From a virus, in IMG/VR virus record IMGVR_UViG_3300050821_005171, positions 1 to 64,000 of that record: a DNA stretch of 64,000 nt, one strand, 5' to 3'. This document shows, one piece after another, positions 38,682 through 48,200 of this stretch. The position numbers were made by a program, and so were the translations under genes. Every line of letters begins with the position of its first letter. The stretch's first letter is position 1. The notes below the pieces were generated by a model. It saw only the letters and a list, made by a program, of their open reading frames with translations, made no database searches and was not told where the DNA came from.

Positions 38682-38962
38682 TGAGCGACGAAATTTTAGA
38701 CGAAGCGCTTAAAGCTGGTGGCCCATCGCTTGTTGAGATCATAAAACTCCGCCGAAGAGTCAGCGTCCTTGAGTCCCGTGAAATCGACGGTATTTCTCCC
38801 AGGCTCTACCTGATCGGCCAAATCTTGCCAGCTCTACTCACAAACCCTCCGTGGAGACACCAACAGTACGGCGCTGTTGTGAAGCAGGCTGTGCAGATCG
38901 CAGACCTGGCGCTCGCTGAGTACGATAAACCACAACCCGAAAGGAATCCCGATGCTGGTTGA
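38678..38962 (+). CDS. Hypothetical protein
   Basis: AVQIADLALAEY motif common in phage small proteins. Confidence 0.55.
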   Translation: MMSDEILDEALKAGGPSLVEIIKLRRRVSVLESREIDGISPRLYLIGQILPALLTNPPWRHQQYGAVVKQAVQIADLALAEYDKPQPERNPDAG

Positions 38963-39269
38963 ATTCAAGCGGGTCCATGACCCGAAGACGAAAGAGGATC
39001 ACGGTGATGCCGTGATGGTTAACCCTGAATTCGTCGAGTCTGTCAGCGAGAGACCGACTTCGTCAGGGCTCATCACCGGGCAATACTCGACGCTTAGGAT
39101 GGCGTCCGGGAACACCGTCGTGGTGGAGGGCCATTGGGAAGACGTCGACATGGCCCTGCGCGGCAACAAAAGCGCCGAGACACCCAAGCCGGCCCACAAG
39201 CAGGTTACCCTTAGCGATGGAACAACCACCGTAACGTTTCCAGCCAAGCCGCAGGATGACTTCCGATGA
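38952..39269 (+). CDS. FlbD-like protein
   Basis: VMVNPEFVESVSE...TLRMASGNTVVVEG. Confidence 0.6.
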   Translation: MLVEFKRVHDPKTKEDHGDAVMVNPEFVESVSERPTSSGLITGQYSTLRMASGNTVVVEGHWEDVDMALRGNKSAETPKPAHKQVTLSDGTTTVTFPAKPQDDFR

Positions 39270-39745
39270 GCAGGATCGCCGATCCGGATATGGAAGACAC
39301 AGATGCTGACCGTCCACTAGAACAACTCGCTTGTCCGCTCTGTGGTGAGTATCTGGAGCCATCCTCATCGAAACAGTGGGCCACTTGCCCAAAACTGCAC
39401 GGCAAGCTAATGCAGCAGATGAGCCCACAGGAGATCGAGCTGGTTGAGATTGCCCGCCTACCGAAAACCGGGCAGCGCGTCATGCTCGGAAAGTTCGATG
39501 TGGTACGGATCGAGAGGGAAAGGCCGGAAGGCTTCCCGATCAATCTCAATGCGACCCAGAACTTGATGTACGACCTGTTCACGGCCCGCAAGAAAGCGAC
39601 GCCGGGCCACATCCTGCTCAAGTGCCGCTTAAAGAAGCTGCCTAGGCAATTCTGCCGGATCGGGGATCAGGCGTTTGAGTTGCTGAAGCCGATCAAGCTG
39701 AAGAAGAATGCCCGTGGCAAATGGGTGCGGGACTCAAGAAAGTAG
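39266..39745 (+). CDS. Hypothetical protein with N-terminal Zn ribbon
   Basis: CPLCG...CPKLH. Confidence 0.55.
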   Translation: MSRIADPDMEDTDADRPLEQLACPLCGEYLEPSSSKQWATCPKLHGKLMQQMSPQEIELVEIARLPKTGQRVMLGKFDVVRIERERPEGFPINLNATQNLMYDLFTARKKATPGHILLKCRLKKLPRQFCRIGDQAFELLKPIKLKKNARGKWVRDSRK

Positions 39746-39750
39746 ACCCA

Positions 39751-40032
39751 ATGGCGCGCCGACGTAAGCAAAAGTTCAATGTCTATCGCAACGGCAAGAT
39801 TCACGTCTGTAAGGTGCAGTGCGAGACTTGCATCTACCGCCCTGGTAACAAATTTCACCTGGAACCCGGCAGGCTCAAGCAGATGACGCAGGACTCGCTC
39901 AAGAAAGACACGGCCGTCATTTGCCACGACACGCTCGGTGGCGACAATGCCGTGTGTCGAGGGTTTTTCGATCGGTTCAAAACCACCCCACTGCAACTCG
40001 CTGAGCGACTGGGTGTGATCGAGGAGGTTTGA
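39751..40032 (+). CDS. Cys-rich conserved phage protein
   Basis: CETCIYRP...ICH...CRGF. Confidence 0.6.
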   Translation: MARRRKQKFNVYRNGKIHVCKVQCETCIYRPGNKFHLEPGRLKQMTQDSLKKDTAVICHDTLGGDNAVCRGFFDRFKTTPLQLAERLGVIEEV

Positions 40033-40242
40033 GTGCCCAAGCCGGAAATCAAAGCCGTCCCCAAGAAAGACGGCGTCACGATCAACGTAGGTTTCAACGA
40101 AGAGGCCGGTCAGGTCGTCCTGCAATTCGGTCGGCCGATCGCGTGGCTCGGCCTCGACCCACAGGAATGCACGACGGTGGTCAATAACATGATCAAGGCG
40201 TGCCGGCAGATGCAGGCTCGGGCGAAGCTTAAAAAGGGGTAG
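40033..40242 (+). CDS. Hypothetical protein
   Basis: GAGGAGG RBS; VVLQFGRPIAWLGL. Confidence 0.6.
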   Translation: MPKPEIKAVPKKDGVTINVGFNEEAGQVVLQFGRPIAWLGLDPQECTTVVNNMIKACRQMQARAKLKKG

Positions 40243-40245
40243 GCG

Positions 40246-40449
40246 ATGAGTAATCGGCAGTCGGCAAGCACCAAGGCTGTTTTTGGAAAATGCCCACATT
40301 GCGGCGACAGGTACAATGCCCAGGACTTACGGGACGGTAAAATCCCGACTCATGACTATCCGCGTCCGTGCCGATCCGTGTGCCCGGGCTCTGGGCAGCC
40401 GCCGAGATCGCTGTACGACAGCCGTCCGCTCGGAAAGGACATGCAGTAA
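40246..40449 (+). CDS. Small Zn-binding protein
   Basis: CPHCG...H...CPGSG. Confidence 0.55.
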   Translation: MSNRQSASTKAVFGKCPHCGDRYNAQDLRDGKIPTHDYPRPCRSVCPGSGQPPRSLYDSRPLGKDMQ

Positions 40450-40452
40450 GCC

Positions 40453-41286
40453 ATGTGCCGCTGGTTGCAATATCAGGGACCCCAAATCCCACTCGCTACA
40501 CTAATCACCGAGCCAGAGAACTCGCTGCTCGACGAGGCGCTTGGAGACCCCAAGGGCGGCGAGCCAACAGAGACAACCAATGCGGACGGATTCGGCGTCG
40601 GCTTCTACACGAGCCTGCCGGAGCCCGGAATCTTTCGCACGGTTCATCCGGCTTGGAGCGATCCAAACCTGCACAACCTGTGCGCGCACATCAACTCCAG
40701 AAACTTCATGGCCCACGTTCGAGACGCTTCTCCTGGGATGGCCGTCCAGGAGTCCAACACGCAGCCCTTCTCGCACGGCAAATGGCTATTCTGCCACAAC
40801 GGTGAGATCAATGGGTTCGAGAACGGCACATTCCGTAGGGACATTTTCAATCTGATTGACGACGGATTGTTTAACGCGATCAAGGGCACGACTGACTCTG
40901 AGTTGATGTTTTATCTCGCACTGAGCCTTGGGTTGGACAAGGACCCAATTGCGGCGCTCGTCGCGATGGTCACAAACATCGAGCAGTTGGGCGGTATGCA
41001 CGGCGTCAACTACCCGGTCAATGCCACGATCGGCCTGAGCGACGGCAAGGATATCTATGCCGTCAGGTACGCTTCCAATGGCCACCCACCGTCGCTATTT
41101 CACACGAACGACGCCAAGAGTCTGGGTCGGATCAGTCCGCGACTGGCCGAGAATTACTCCCAGGACATGCGCATCGTTTCGAGCGAACCTGTCACCGGGT
41201 ACGCTTCTGGGTGGACCGAGGTCCCGCGCGGAACCGTCGTGAAGATCAGCGGGTTCGACGTCGAGACGAGAAGGTTCCGGCCGTAG
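40453..41286 (+). CDS. Class II glutamine amidotransferase (EgtC/YafJ-like Ntn hydrolase)
   Basis: MCRW (N-terminal Cys), NADGFG, AHVRDAS, FCHNG, GTTDSE, SSEP. Confidence 0.9.
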   Translation: MCRWLQYQGPQIPLATLITEPENSLLDEALGDPKGGEPTETTNADGFGVGFYTSLPEPGIFRTVHPAWSDPNLHNLCAHINSRNFMAHVRDASPGMAVQESNTQPFSHGKWLFCHNGEINGFENGTFRRDIFNLIDDGLFNAIKGTTDSELMFYLALSLGLDKDPIAALVAMVTNIEQLGGMHGVNYPVNATIGLSDGKDIYAVRYASNGHPPSLFHTNDAKSLGRISPRLAENYSQDMRIVSSEPVTGYASGWTEVPRGTVVKISGFDVETRRFRP

Positions 41287-41289
41287 TCT

Positions 41290-41307
41290 GAAATGATTTC
41301 TGAATCG
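41290..41307 (+). promoter_or_regulatory. Motif B copy (GAAATGATTTCTGAATCG)
   Basis: Intergenic, ~48 bp upstream of ATG 41348. Confidence 0.6.
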
Positions 41308-41347
41308 ACACTAAGTCTTTGCTTCATAACAACATAAGGTGACCGCG

Positions 41348-42004
41348 ATGGATCGTCATGGGCTCAGTGAGCGGCCGGCAAAGATGCGTGGCCTGAAGGT
41401 TGACGAGCGGGGATACCCAGTCCCCTGGTTCGTTGCCGAGATCGACGGCAAGCCGGACTTTCGGGTGATGAACCCAGTCCGGTTCGTGAAGGCGATCAGT
41501 CAGAACCTGTGTTGGATTTGCGGCAATCTCATGGGCACCCAGAAGACGTTCGTCGCCGGACCGATGTGCGGCATCAACCGCACCAGCGCTGAGCCGCCGT
41601 GCCACTTGGAGTGTGCTCGCTACGCCGCGATCAACTGTCCGTTCCTCAACAACCCAAATGCGCTGCGTCGCGAAGATGACTTCACCAGGAACACGCTCGA
41701 AACACTGGGCGGCATCTCGATCCCACGCAATCCCGGAGTCGTCATGCTCTGGCAGACTAGGACTTGCTTCCCATTCGATGATGGCAACGGCAAGCCGCTG
41801 ATCTGCATGGGCGAGCCGTTCAATGTCGAGTGGTATCGAGAGAGTCGGCTTGCGACGCGAGAGGAGGTGATCGAGTCGGTAGAAAGCGGCTTTCCGGCGC
41901 TGGCGGCCATCGCCAGAACAGAGCCGGGTGCCATGCAGGACCTGCTGGACGCGCGTAAGCAGTTCGAGAAGTATCTTCCGGCTGCTACATCACCCAGCCA
42001 TTGA
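41348..42004 (+). CDS. Conserved phage protein with Zn motifs
   Basis: RGYPVPWFV...CWICG...EPPCHLECA...CP. Confidence 0.7.
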   Translation: MDRHGLSERPAKMRGLKVDERGYPVPWFVAEIDGKPDFRVMNPVRFVKAISQNLCWICGNLMGTQKTFVAGPMCGINRTSAEPPCHLECARYAAINCPFLNNPNALRREDDFTRNTLETLGGISIPRNPGVVMLWQTRTCFPFDDGNGKPLICMGEPFNVEWYRESRLATREEVIESVESGFPALAAIARTEPGAMQDLLDARKQFEKYLPAATSPSH

Positions 42005-42794
42005 TCCGCTTGAAGCGGCTTAGGTATCCGGAGGCTCTTGGCGGGATGAACGGGTTGTCAATCACACCCTTGGCATCCGTGGCTTGTGGATAGCCGTACC
42101 CGATCGAGTAGTCGCCTAAACGCTCAGAGTTAATCCGGCCGCCCTGAGACATCGCAATCGGGTCCAGGCCACTGTTTCCGGAGATCGCGTTCACCACGGC
42201 CCAATTTGCTTGGATCGTCAACAAGGTTCCAAGCCTGATGTCGCTTGCATCAAGCCGGTAGTCCTCGACGTCGCCCCGAAGCTCACGATCGGTGTAGCCT
42301 GCGACGTAAACCACCTTGATCGATCCGACTTCGGCATTCCAGGCCCAGTTGATCCGCACCAACTGGCCGGTGGAACTGAACCCATCGAACTCGACGTCCA
42401 GGTAATAGTCGGTGCCCAGCACCAAGTCATCAGTGACCGGGAACCCAAGCGGGTTCTGTCCTGAACGCCCCGAGCGGTCCGTACAGACGCTTACGATCGA
42501 ACGGACGGGCAACTCTGAGAGTTGCAGGATCGTGCCACTGTCGGCGATGTGGTAGGGCGACAAATAGCTCCGAATCTGGTCCCGCATGTCGGCCGGGTTG
42601 GCCATCTTGGGCAGATATTCGGTGTACTGCGATTGGATAATGCCCGATAGCAGCTCGGCGCGGATCGCACGCTCGCAGGAGCCCTTAACGGCTTGCAGGA
42701 TGCCCATCTGGTGATCGGTCGCAGTGGTGGCCATCCCGCAGAACGAGACGCACTCAGCGAACGTCACGAGTTCCTTGATGGACTGGGCGGACAT
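41985..42794 (-). CDS. Head-tail adaptor protein
   Basis: LVTFAEC...LPVRSIVSV...VYVAGY...SERLGDYSIGY. Confidence 0.8.
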   Translation of the reverse strand: MSAQSIKELVTFAECVSFCGMATTATDHQMGILQAVKGSCERAIRAELLSGIIQSQYTEYLPKMANPADMRDQIRSYLSPYHIADSGTILQLSELPVRSIVSVCTDRSGRSGQNPLGFPVTDDLVLGTDYYLDVEFDGFSSTGQLVRINWAWNAEVGSIKVVYVAGYTDRELRGDVEDYRLDASDIRLGTLLTIQANWAVVNAISGNSGLDPIAMSQGGRINSERLGDYSIGYGYPQATDAKGVIDNPFIPPRASGYLSRFKRINGWVM

Positions 42795-42795
42795 G

Positions 42796-42933
42796 CTACC
42801 TTCTCAGCCTTCTGATGACCCAGACGACACAGGCAAACGCGGCGGCAATAACGAGCGAAACAATCAGAACGGGAATCACAAGCATGGCCACAATCTCGGC
42901 CACTGTGTTCCAAAGCGCTTGCTGTGGTGTCAT
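42796..42933 (-). CDS. 45-aa membrane peptide
   Basis: Manual translation with long hydrophobic helix; ATGA coupling. Confidence 0.5.
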   Translation of the reverse strand: MTPQQALWNTVAEIVAMLVIPVLIVSLVIAAAFACVVWVIRRLRR

Positions 42934-43244
42934 GGTAAACACTCGCCGTTCGTGATGTTTCCATGCCAGTGCCCGGATTCACTGGCGTCAATTGACGGGG
43001 TTACGGTCAATCCATCAGGGAACGGTCCCTCAATTTTCCAAGCAACGCTTGGTTTCGGAGGAACAACTACAGGATTGTGATGAAGGCTGTCTCCGTCTCC
43101 GAATTCTTTCACGAGAATGTCGAAAATTTTCCCCCTGTCCATTGCCACGTTTTTGCATGTCAACCATGCAGCTTTGCAGTGCGGACAAAGGAACACGAAA
43201 ATGTTCGGGTGGACCCATCTCGGCTGAAGGTCGCTCAGCTTCAT
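42930..43244 (-). CDS. DUF6527-like metal-binding protein
   Basis: FLCPHC...LTVTPSI...HWHGNITNG. Confidence 0.6.
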   Translation of the reverse strand: MKLSDLQPRWVHPNIFVFLCPHCKAAWLTCKNVAMDRGKIFDILVKEFGDGDSLHHNPVVVPPKPSVAWKIEGPFPDGLTVTPSIDASESGHWHGNITNGECLP

Positions 43245-43657
43245 ATCGAAATCAACCCACCGGGCGTCCTAAGCACATGCACTATACCAAGCTGAACGCT
43301 CTTAATTGCGTCAAACGGGGCCGTCTCTGTCGCATCCACGACACTGATCTCTGCATCGAATGCTCCGGGCCAGACCACAGACTGAAGGTCGGCCTGGGCC
43401 ATCCTGATCGTCACCTTGGCCGGTGCTCCCTCTGGACTGCCGCCCAAGTCGTTGACGGTCACGACCGAATCGTTTGCATTGGGGCCATCTGTAGACAGGT
43501 CCAGCAACGGGGCTCCGGTCCCCCAACTCAACTTAAACCGGACCACGTCGGCGTCTTCCAGAACCACCCCTGTGACGCCGTCAGCCTCGTACAGCGACGC
43601 CGAGAAGTCGATAGTCCTGTTTTGGTATACGTTGATCTCGAAGCTGCGTGGGGCCAT
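43241..43657 (-). CDS. Virion Ig-like/BppU-N-like protein
   Basis: Beta-sandwich pattern; located in the head module. Confidence 0.5.
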   Translation of the reverse strand: MAPRSFEINVYQNRTIDFSASLYEADGVTGVVLEDADVVRFKLSWGTGAPLLDLSTDGPNANDSVVTVNDLGGSPEGAPAKVTIRMAQADLQSVVWPGAFDAEISVVDATETAPFDAIKSVQLGIVHVLRTPGGLISI

Positions 43658-43668
43658 CCCAGAGAGCC

Positions 43669-43923
43669 TTAAACGGTAGTCGGTGCCGCAGTTGCTGAAG
43701 GTGTGGTTTTGGAGATAACCTCACGGCCACACGAGCACTGCCAGATGAACGAGACGATCTGCCCGTCCCTGATTGGTAATCCCTGTACCCAAGTATGGGC
43801 ATGTGTCGCAGCGCTGCCGGTTGCTGTCTGCCCGGTGAGCCCCTGGACCGGGTTCAGCGGTGTTTGTGCTCCAAGTGCCATAACTATCCCCATTAAGCAA
43901 AGCACCCGGCTGAGGTTTTGCAA
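43669..43923 (-). CDS. Small exported protein
   Basis: Hydrophobic N-terminus; HAHTW...CSCG. Confidence 0.45.
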   Translation of the reverse strand: MQNLSRVLCLMGIVMALGAQTPLNPVQGLTGQTATGSAATHAHTWVQGLPIRDGQIVSFIWQCSCGREVISKTTPSATAAPTTV

Positions 43924-44016
43924 CCGGCCGGGTGATTCGCAGTTGGCAGGAGAGTTTTCACCAGTGAGATTTCGCCCACAGGCAACACCTTTCGGTGTAA
44001 CCCACCTGTGTTTCCG

Positions 44017-44412
44017 TTAGTTGGACGTGATGTTTGCGCCGAAACTCTTCTTGTCGCACAGGAGCGTCACGCCGAACGTGAACGACGGGCTCGTACCGGC
44101 GATGGTGGCCACGGGTTGCACGTAACGCTTTGTGCGTCGCAGCGACCGGGTCACCTGCACGCCGGCCGCAGTGACGGCCGCCGGGGCGAAGTCCCCGATC
44201 GCAGTGAACGTGCCGTTGCTCGTGTCGCACTCCGTCAACGTGAGGGTGAGCGTCGGGGTCGTGCCCGTCGCCGTTCCCACGTTGATGATCGCCGTCACTT
44301 CCGGGTCGCAGCCCTGGAAGTCGATCGCACTGCCCGTCCCCGTGGACGTGAGGGCCTGTGATCCGAAACCGTTCCCGACGACCATGTTGTTCGGGATGTC
44401 GTTCTGTCGCAT
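44017..44412 (-). CDS. Capsid decoration (cement) protein
   Basis: GSAIDF...TPTLTLTL..CD...KRYV; follows the capsid gene. Confidence 0.75.
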   Translation of the reverse strand: MRQNDIPNNMVVGNGFGSQALTSTGTGSAIDFQGCDPEVTAIINVGTATGTTPTLTLTLTECDTSNGTFTAIGDFAPAAVTAAGVQVTRSLRRTKRYVQPVATIAGTSPSFTFGVTLLCDKKSFGANITSN

Positions 44413-44475
44413 GGCTTATTCCTTGGTATCCAGAAACTCAGGTCTAACGGGTGATTCGGGTTATGGCCCGGCGGT

Positions 44476-44991
44476 CTACTTTTCGCCCCTGGCCTTCATC
44501 ATTTGGTCCATGACAGTCTTGGCAACTGACGCCGCAATCACAGAGATATTCTCGGCCGTCATGCGGTTGTCGACAGGCAGGTCAACGGGTGGTTCGTCAG
44601 TCTTTCGGACGTCCAGGATCGTGAACATATAGTTCAAGAGCCCCTTGGGCCACTCGTGCTCTTTGTTCTTCACCAACCAGTCGTTGTGCATCTGGATCAG
44701 CCCATTGACCGTGGTCCCCATGATGGGGTCGGTCTCTTGAACTGCCGGAACGAAGTCGCCGGTCGGCTGGGAGTTGTTGCGCCCAACCAAGGCCGTGTCC
44801 TTGATGTTCTTCCAGCCATGCTGCCCCGGAGTGGCCCTGTGGGACCTCCACGCGACATTCGGGCCGATCTGGAGCACGACTCGGTACGTCTTGTCGTGCG
44901 CGACAAACTCAATGGGCCGGAGGTCCTTCGACAACTTTGCCGGAGGAAGCTCGCGGACACCCGTGAGTGTCGCCGTCGCTGAACCGCTCAT
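44476..44991 (-). CDS. Hypothetical head-associated protein
   Basis: Directly after the major capsid gene. Confidence 0.55.
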   Translation of the reverse strand: MSGSATATLTGVRELPPAKLSKDLRPIEFVAHDKTYRVVLQIGPNVAWRSHRATPGQHGWKNIKDTALVGRNNSQPTGDFVPAVQETDPIMGTTVNGLIQMHNDWLVKNKEHEWPKGLLNYMFTILDVRKTDEPPVDLPVDNRMTAENISVIAASVAKTVMDQMMKARGEK

Positions 44992-45092
44992 TTGTCTATC
45001 CCATCATGGACAAGAATCGCTTCAAATTAAGGCGAAATTGAGTCTATTTGCGATCACTGTCCTGTTTTCGTCTATTCCACAATTGACACAGA

Positions 45093-46598
45093 TTACGAAT
45101 TGACCAGCGTGTCGATGTACCCGAAGGACATCTCGTGCCGAGGACCGGCGTCGATGTACTGGGTGCCGCGCATCGTCGAGATGCGCTGAGCGAACTTACT
45201 CGCGTCGCTGTTGGTCACGACGAGATCGATGATCCCGGCCCGGCCGATGATCCACTCCGGGCCAACGCCGCCCAGGACGATCGTCAGTGTCGTTCCGCTG
45301 CTCTTGACGCGGTTGATCGGAATGTTGGTCGAACCGAAGACCGGCCAACCGTTCAGGCCCATGTCCACCTTGCCGCCACCAACAGTGTTGGCGGAGATGT
45401 TGAACATGAACCGTCCGTTGGTGTCGGTCCGGGTAATCAAACCGCCCCACAGGGTGTTGGTCATCGCATAGAAGAAGCCGCGATCGACCGGGGCATTCTG
45501 GTCGGCGATTGCCGCGAACAATCGTGCGGGGTCCTGGGGAGAGAACGTGTCTCCAGTGGCGCCAGTCACTCCGGCCACGACAAGGTTCGTGTTGGCGTAG
45601 TTGATCACGCCCGTGATGGCGTCGCCGCCCGAACCGTTGATCTGGTCACGGTCGGTCTTTTTGGCCATGTCGAGCGTGAATTCCATCCGTAACCAGGCTT
45701 CGACAGCAACCGACGTCGCAAACTTAATCAACTCTTCCGGGATGTCGACCAACCCTGAGTACGCCTTGGCCTGCAAGAGCAGGAAGGCAGTCTGCGGCGT
45801 GCTGGCCGTGACGGTCTGCCCCTCGGAGTAGGCTGCGATTGTGGTGGCCTGCGTCACGCGCGGGAACCGGATCGAGCCCTGGGGCGGCAGGTCGATTTCC
45901 TGGGCTCCGGCCCGAGCGAATACTTCACGCGGACGGAGCAGCTCGATCAGCTCGCCCTGACCCGGAAAGGCGACCAACGCACCACCCGAAGTCGAGATGC
46001 TGGCCGAGAGCGTCTTTTCGAGACGTTCGCTGCCGGATCGGCGTGCAATCCATGCCAACTCGGCCGGGTCGTACCCATCGGTCGAGCCATGCGACATGTC
46101 GCGGCACTCTTTGACAAGCTGCACCGGAATTCCGGGGAGCTTTGTCGACTTGTGGGTGCCAGGGTCAATGACCTCGAACTCCTGCGTCGGCATGTGATCG
46201 CAGGACAGCGGCATCGCGAACCCGTTGCTGTCCGGGATGGCCATACCTGACTCGCGGTACGCCTTGTGGAGCCGAGTGGAGAGGTCCAGTTCCGGCTTGG
46301 CGTATTCCTGCCAATCGGAGAAGTTGTTGACGCGCTTGCAGAGAGCGGTCGTCATGCGGGCCATCGAGAACGGCCGGCTGGTCATGATCGACTCGCCTGT
46401 GCGAATGCCAGGGGCACCGGTCATCCAGGGCGTCTGGACCTGTTCGGCCTTTTCGAGCCGCTGATTGATGGACTCGACTTTGGCGTCCAGCCCCTCCATG
46501 CTGTCGAGGGCCTTATTCAGCCGGGCCAATTGTGCGGTCCGGTCGGTCGCCGGGGCGGCAGGAGCGTCAACAACGGCGGTCGGATTCTGGTCGGACAT
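45093..46598 (-). CDS. Major capsid protein (HK97 fold) with N-terminal delta-like domain
   Basis: SGGALV...LIELLRP...FPRVT...YSEG...TDTNGRFMF...LNGWPV. Confidence 0.9.
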   Translation of the reverse strand: MSDQNPTAVVDAPAAPATDRTAQLARLNKALDSMEGLDAKVESINQRLEKAEQVQTPWMTGAPGIRTGESIMTSRPFSMARMTTALCKRVNNFSDWQEYAKPELDLSTRLHKAYRESGMAIPDSNGFAMPLSCDHMPTQEFEVIDPGTHKSTKLPGIPVQLVKECRDMSHGSTDGYDPAELAWIARRSGSERLEKTLSASISTSGGALVAFPGQGELIELLRPREVFARAGAQEIDLPPQGSIRFPRVTQATTIAAYSEGQTVTASTPQTAFLLLQAKAYSGLVDIPEELIKFATSVAVEAWLRMEFTLDMAKKTDRDQINGSGGDAITGVINYANTNLVVAGVTGATGDTFSPQDPARLFAAIADQNAPVDRGFFYAMTNTLWGGLITRTDTNGRFMFNISANTVGGGKVDMGLNGWPVFGSTNIPINRVKSSGTTLTIVLGGVGPEWIIGRAGIIDLVVTNSDASKFAQRISTMRGTQYIDAGPRHEMSFGYIDTLVNS

Positions 46599-46623
46599 CG
46601 CATAACCCCTTCTGGTGCTGAAC

Positions 46624-48111
46624 CTACGGGCACTCGCCGCAGGCAACTTTGAGCCGTGTGTCTACATTTTCGACACGCTCGACGACACGGTTAAAAACCT
46701 TGGCTGCTCGTTCTAATGCGGCGTCGAGCAACTCGTCGTTCTGCTCGCTGTCCCGCTTCTCCAACTCGTTATCCAGGGTTTCGAGAACGCCGCGTTCGTC
46801 GTCGTCCTTGTCGCCTGGATAATCCGGCTCTGTGTTTCGCTTCTTCTTGCCGACAGCCGGGCCTTTACCACCCTCTTCCTCTGGCTCCAGGTCGCCTTCC
46901 AGCGACTCTCCGTCTAGAGGTTTGGGGCTGCCAGCAAACCCTTTGGCCATTGCTTTGTGCATCATGGCCATGTGTTTGTGGTACTGGGCCTGCATGTTGG
47001 CCATCGCTGTTTTGTGGGCCTTCTCCAAATCACCGAACAAATGCTCGGGATTGTCGAAGCCGCCACCAGCCACATCGTGTCGAACCTGCCCGGCCGGAGC
47101 GTTGGGAACTTCTCCCGGACGCCGCGTGTCGTGCGGGTTCTGCCTCGGCACATCCCGGGACGGGTCCACGTCCTTGTTGGTGTGCGTGGCATACAGCGAA
47201 CGGTATCCAGAAGCCCCAGGAGGGATGTCGCGGTCGGGGTCAACGTCCTTGTTGATTCCGCCGGGAGCAGGCTTCTTGGGCTTCTTAAGGCCAGGATTGT
47301 CGGAGGTCTCTGGCTTGGCAGCAGGAGAAGCCCCAGGCGACAGATAATGCGGCATCTTGCCGTCCGGCCCCGGCTTCGTGTTTGCAGTTCCTGTCGGGGC
47401 ATCCTCAGGGTGCTCGTCGGTGCCAACCGGGAGCTTATCGGCCCCAGGCTTGGCCCCCACGGGCATGTCTTCACCTTCCGCGCCGAGTTGCGGTGCGTTT
47501 CCTCCGGCACTGTGCGCATCGATCACATGGTCGGCAATTCCAGCCAGTGCCTCTTGGACTTCGGGCGGGAGATTCTGGAACCAGTTCGCATTGGACACCG
47601 GAGACGGGCCTGTGGCCGGGGCACCATCCCCATCGGTGCCAGGATCACTTGTCAGCCCTGAGCCTTGCTCGGCGACCGAAGGAATGTCACCGACTTCGAG
47701 TCCAGCCGCATCCGCAAGCGCAGTAACGTGTTGCAGTGCGTCTTCCGGTAGGTCGTCGATCATGTCCATCAGCGACATGACGTGAGCTTCGGGGGTCATC
47801 TCTGGGGACTGGGCGAGCGTTCCGGCCACGGGAGAATGACCCTGGGGCGGCTTGCCGCGAGGGATGTTCGCCTGGGGGACCGCCTTGTTGCGGTAGACCA
47901 TCCGCTTGGACAGTGCGTCGAGGCTCTTACGAAGCTCTTGGCGGGCTGCCGAGCCCTCTTCGGTGTCTCGCTTCACGAGCACGAAGCGGGCCTCTGGGAC
48001 GGCCGGCTTGTCGACGATCGAGATGTCATCGACAGTCACTCCGGACAGGCGGCGACGAAGTTTAACCGGCATTCCTGCCGTGACTCCGGGTGCCATGTTC
48101 GGGTTGGCCAT
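46624..48111 (-). CDS. Scaffold-like protein with N-terminal protease-type strand
   Basis: LSGVTVDDISIVDKPAVPEARFVLVKR then disordered acidic/Pro-rich body. Confidence 0.7.
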   Translation of the reverse strand: MANPNMAPGVTAGMPVKLRRRLSGVTVDDISIVDKPAVPEARFVLVKRDTEEGSAARQELRKSLDALSKRMVYRNKAVPQANIPRGKPPQGHSPVAGTLAQSPEMTPEAHVMSLMDMIDDLPEDALQHVTALADAAGLEVGDIPSVAEQGSGLTSDPGTDGDGAPATGPSPVSNANWFQNLPPEVQEALAGIADHVIDAHSAGGNAPQLGAEGEDMPVGAKPGADKLPVGTDEHPEDAPTGTANTKPGPDGKMPHYLSPGASPAAKPETSDNPGLKKPKKPAPGGINKDVDPDRDIPPGASGYRSLYATHTNKDVDPSRDVPRQNPHDTRRPGEVPNAPAGQVRHDVAGGGFDNPEHLFGDLEKAHKTAMANMQAQYHKHMAMMHKAMAKGFAGSPKPLDGESLEGDLEPEEEGGKGPAVGKKKRNTEPDYPGDKDDDERGVLETLDNELEKRDSEQNDELLDAALERAAKVFNRVVERVENVDTRLKVACGECP

Positions 48112-48122
48112 GCTTGGTCCCT

Positions 48123-48169
48123 AAAACGAAAAAAGCCGCACTGGATAATTGGTAATCCAGAGCGGCTTT
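48123..48169 (-). terminator. Intrinsic terminator/attenuator hairpin upstream of scaffold-capsid genes
   Basis: AAAGCCGCTCTGGAT-TACCAATT-ATCCAGTGCGGCTTTTTTCGTTTT. Confidence 0.8.
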
Positions 48170-48200
48170 AACGCTACCGCAGCGAAGAAGAATTCAGATT

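Noticed and set aside
43929-44458. 11-bp repeat CGGGTGATTCG flanking the decoration gene
   Set aside because: Only two short GC-rich copies; could be chance
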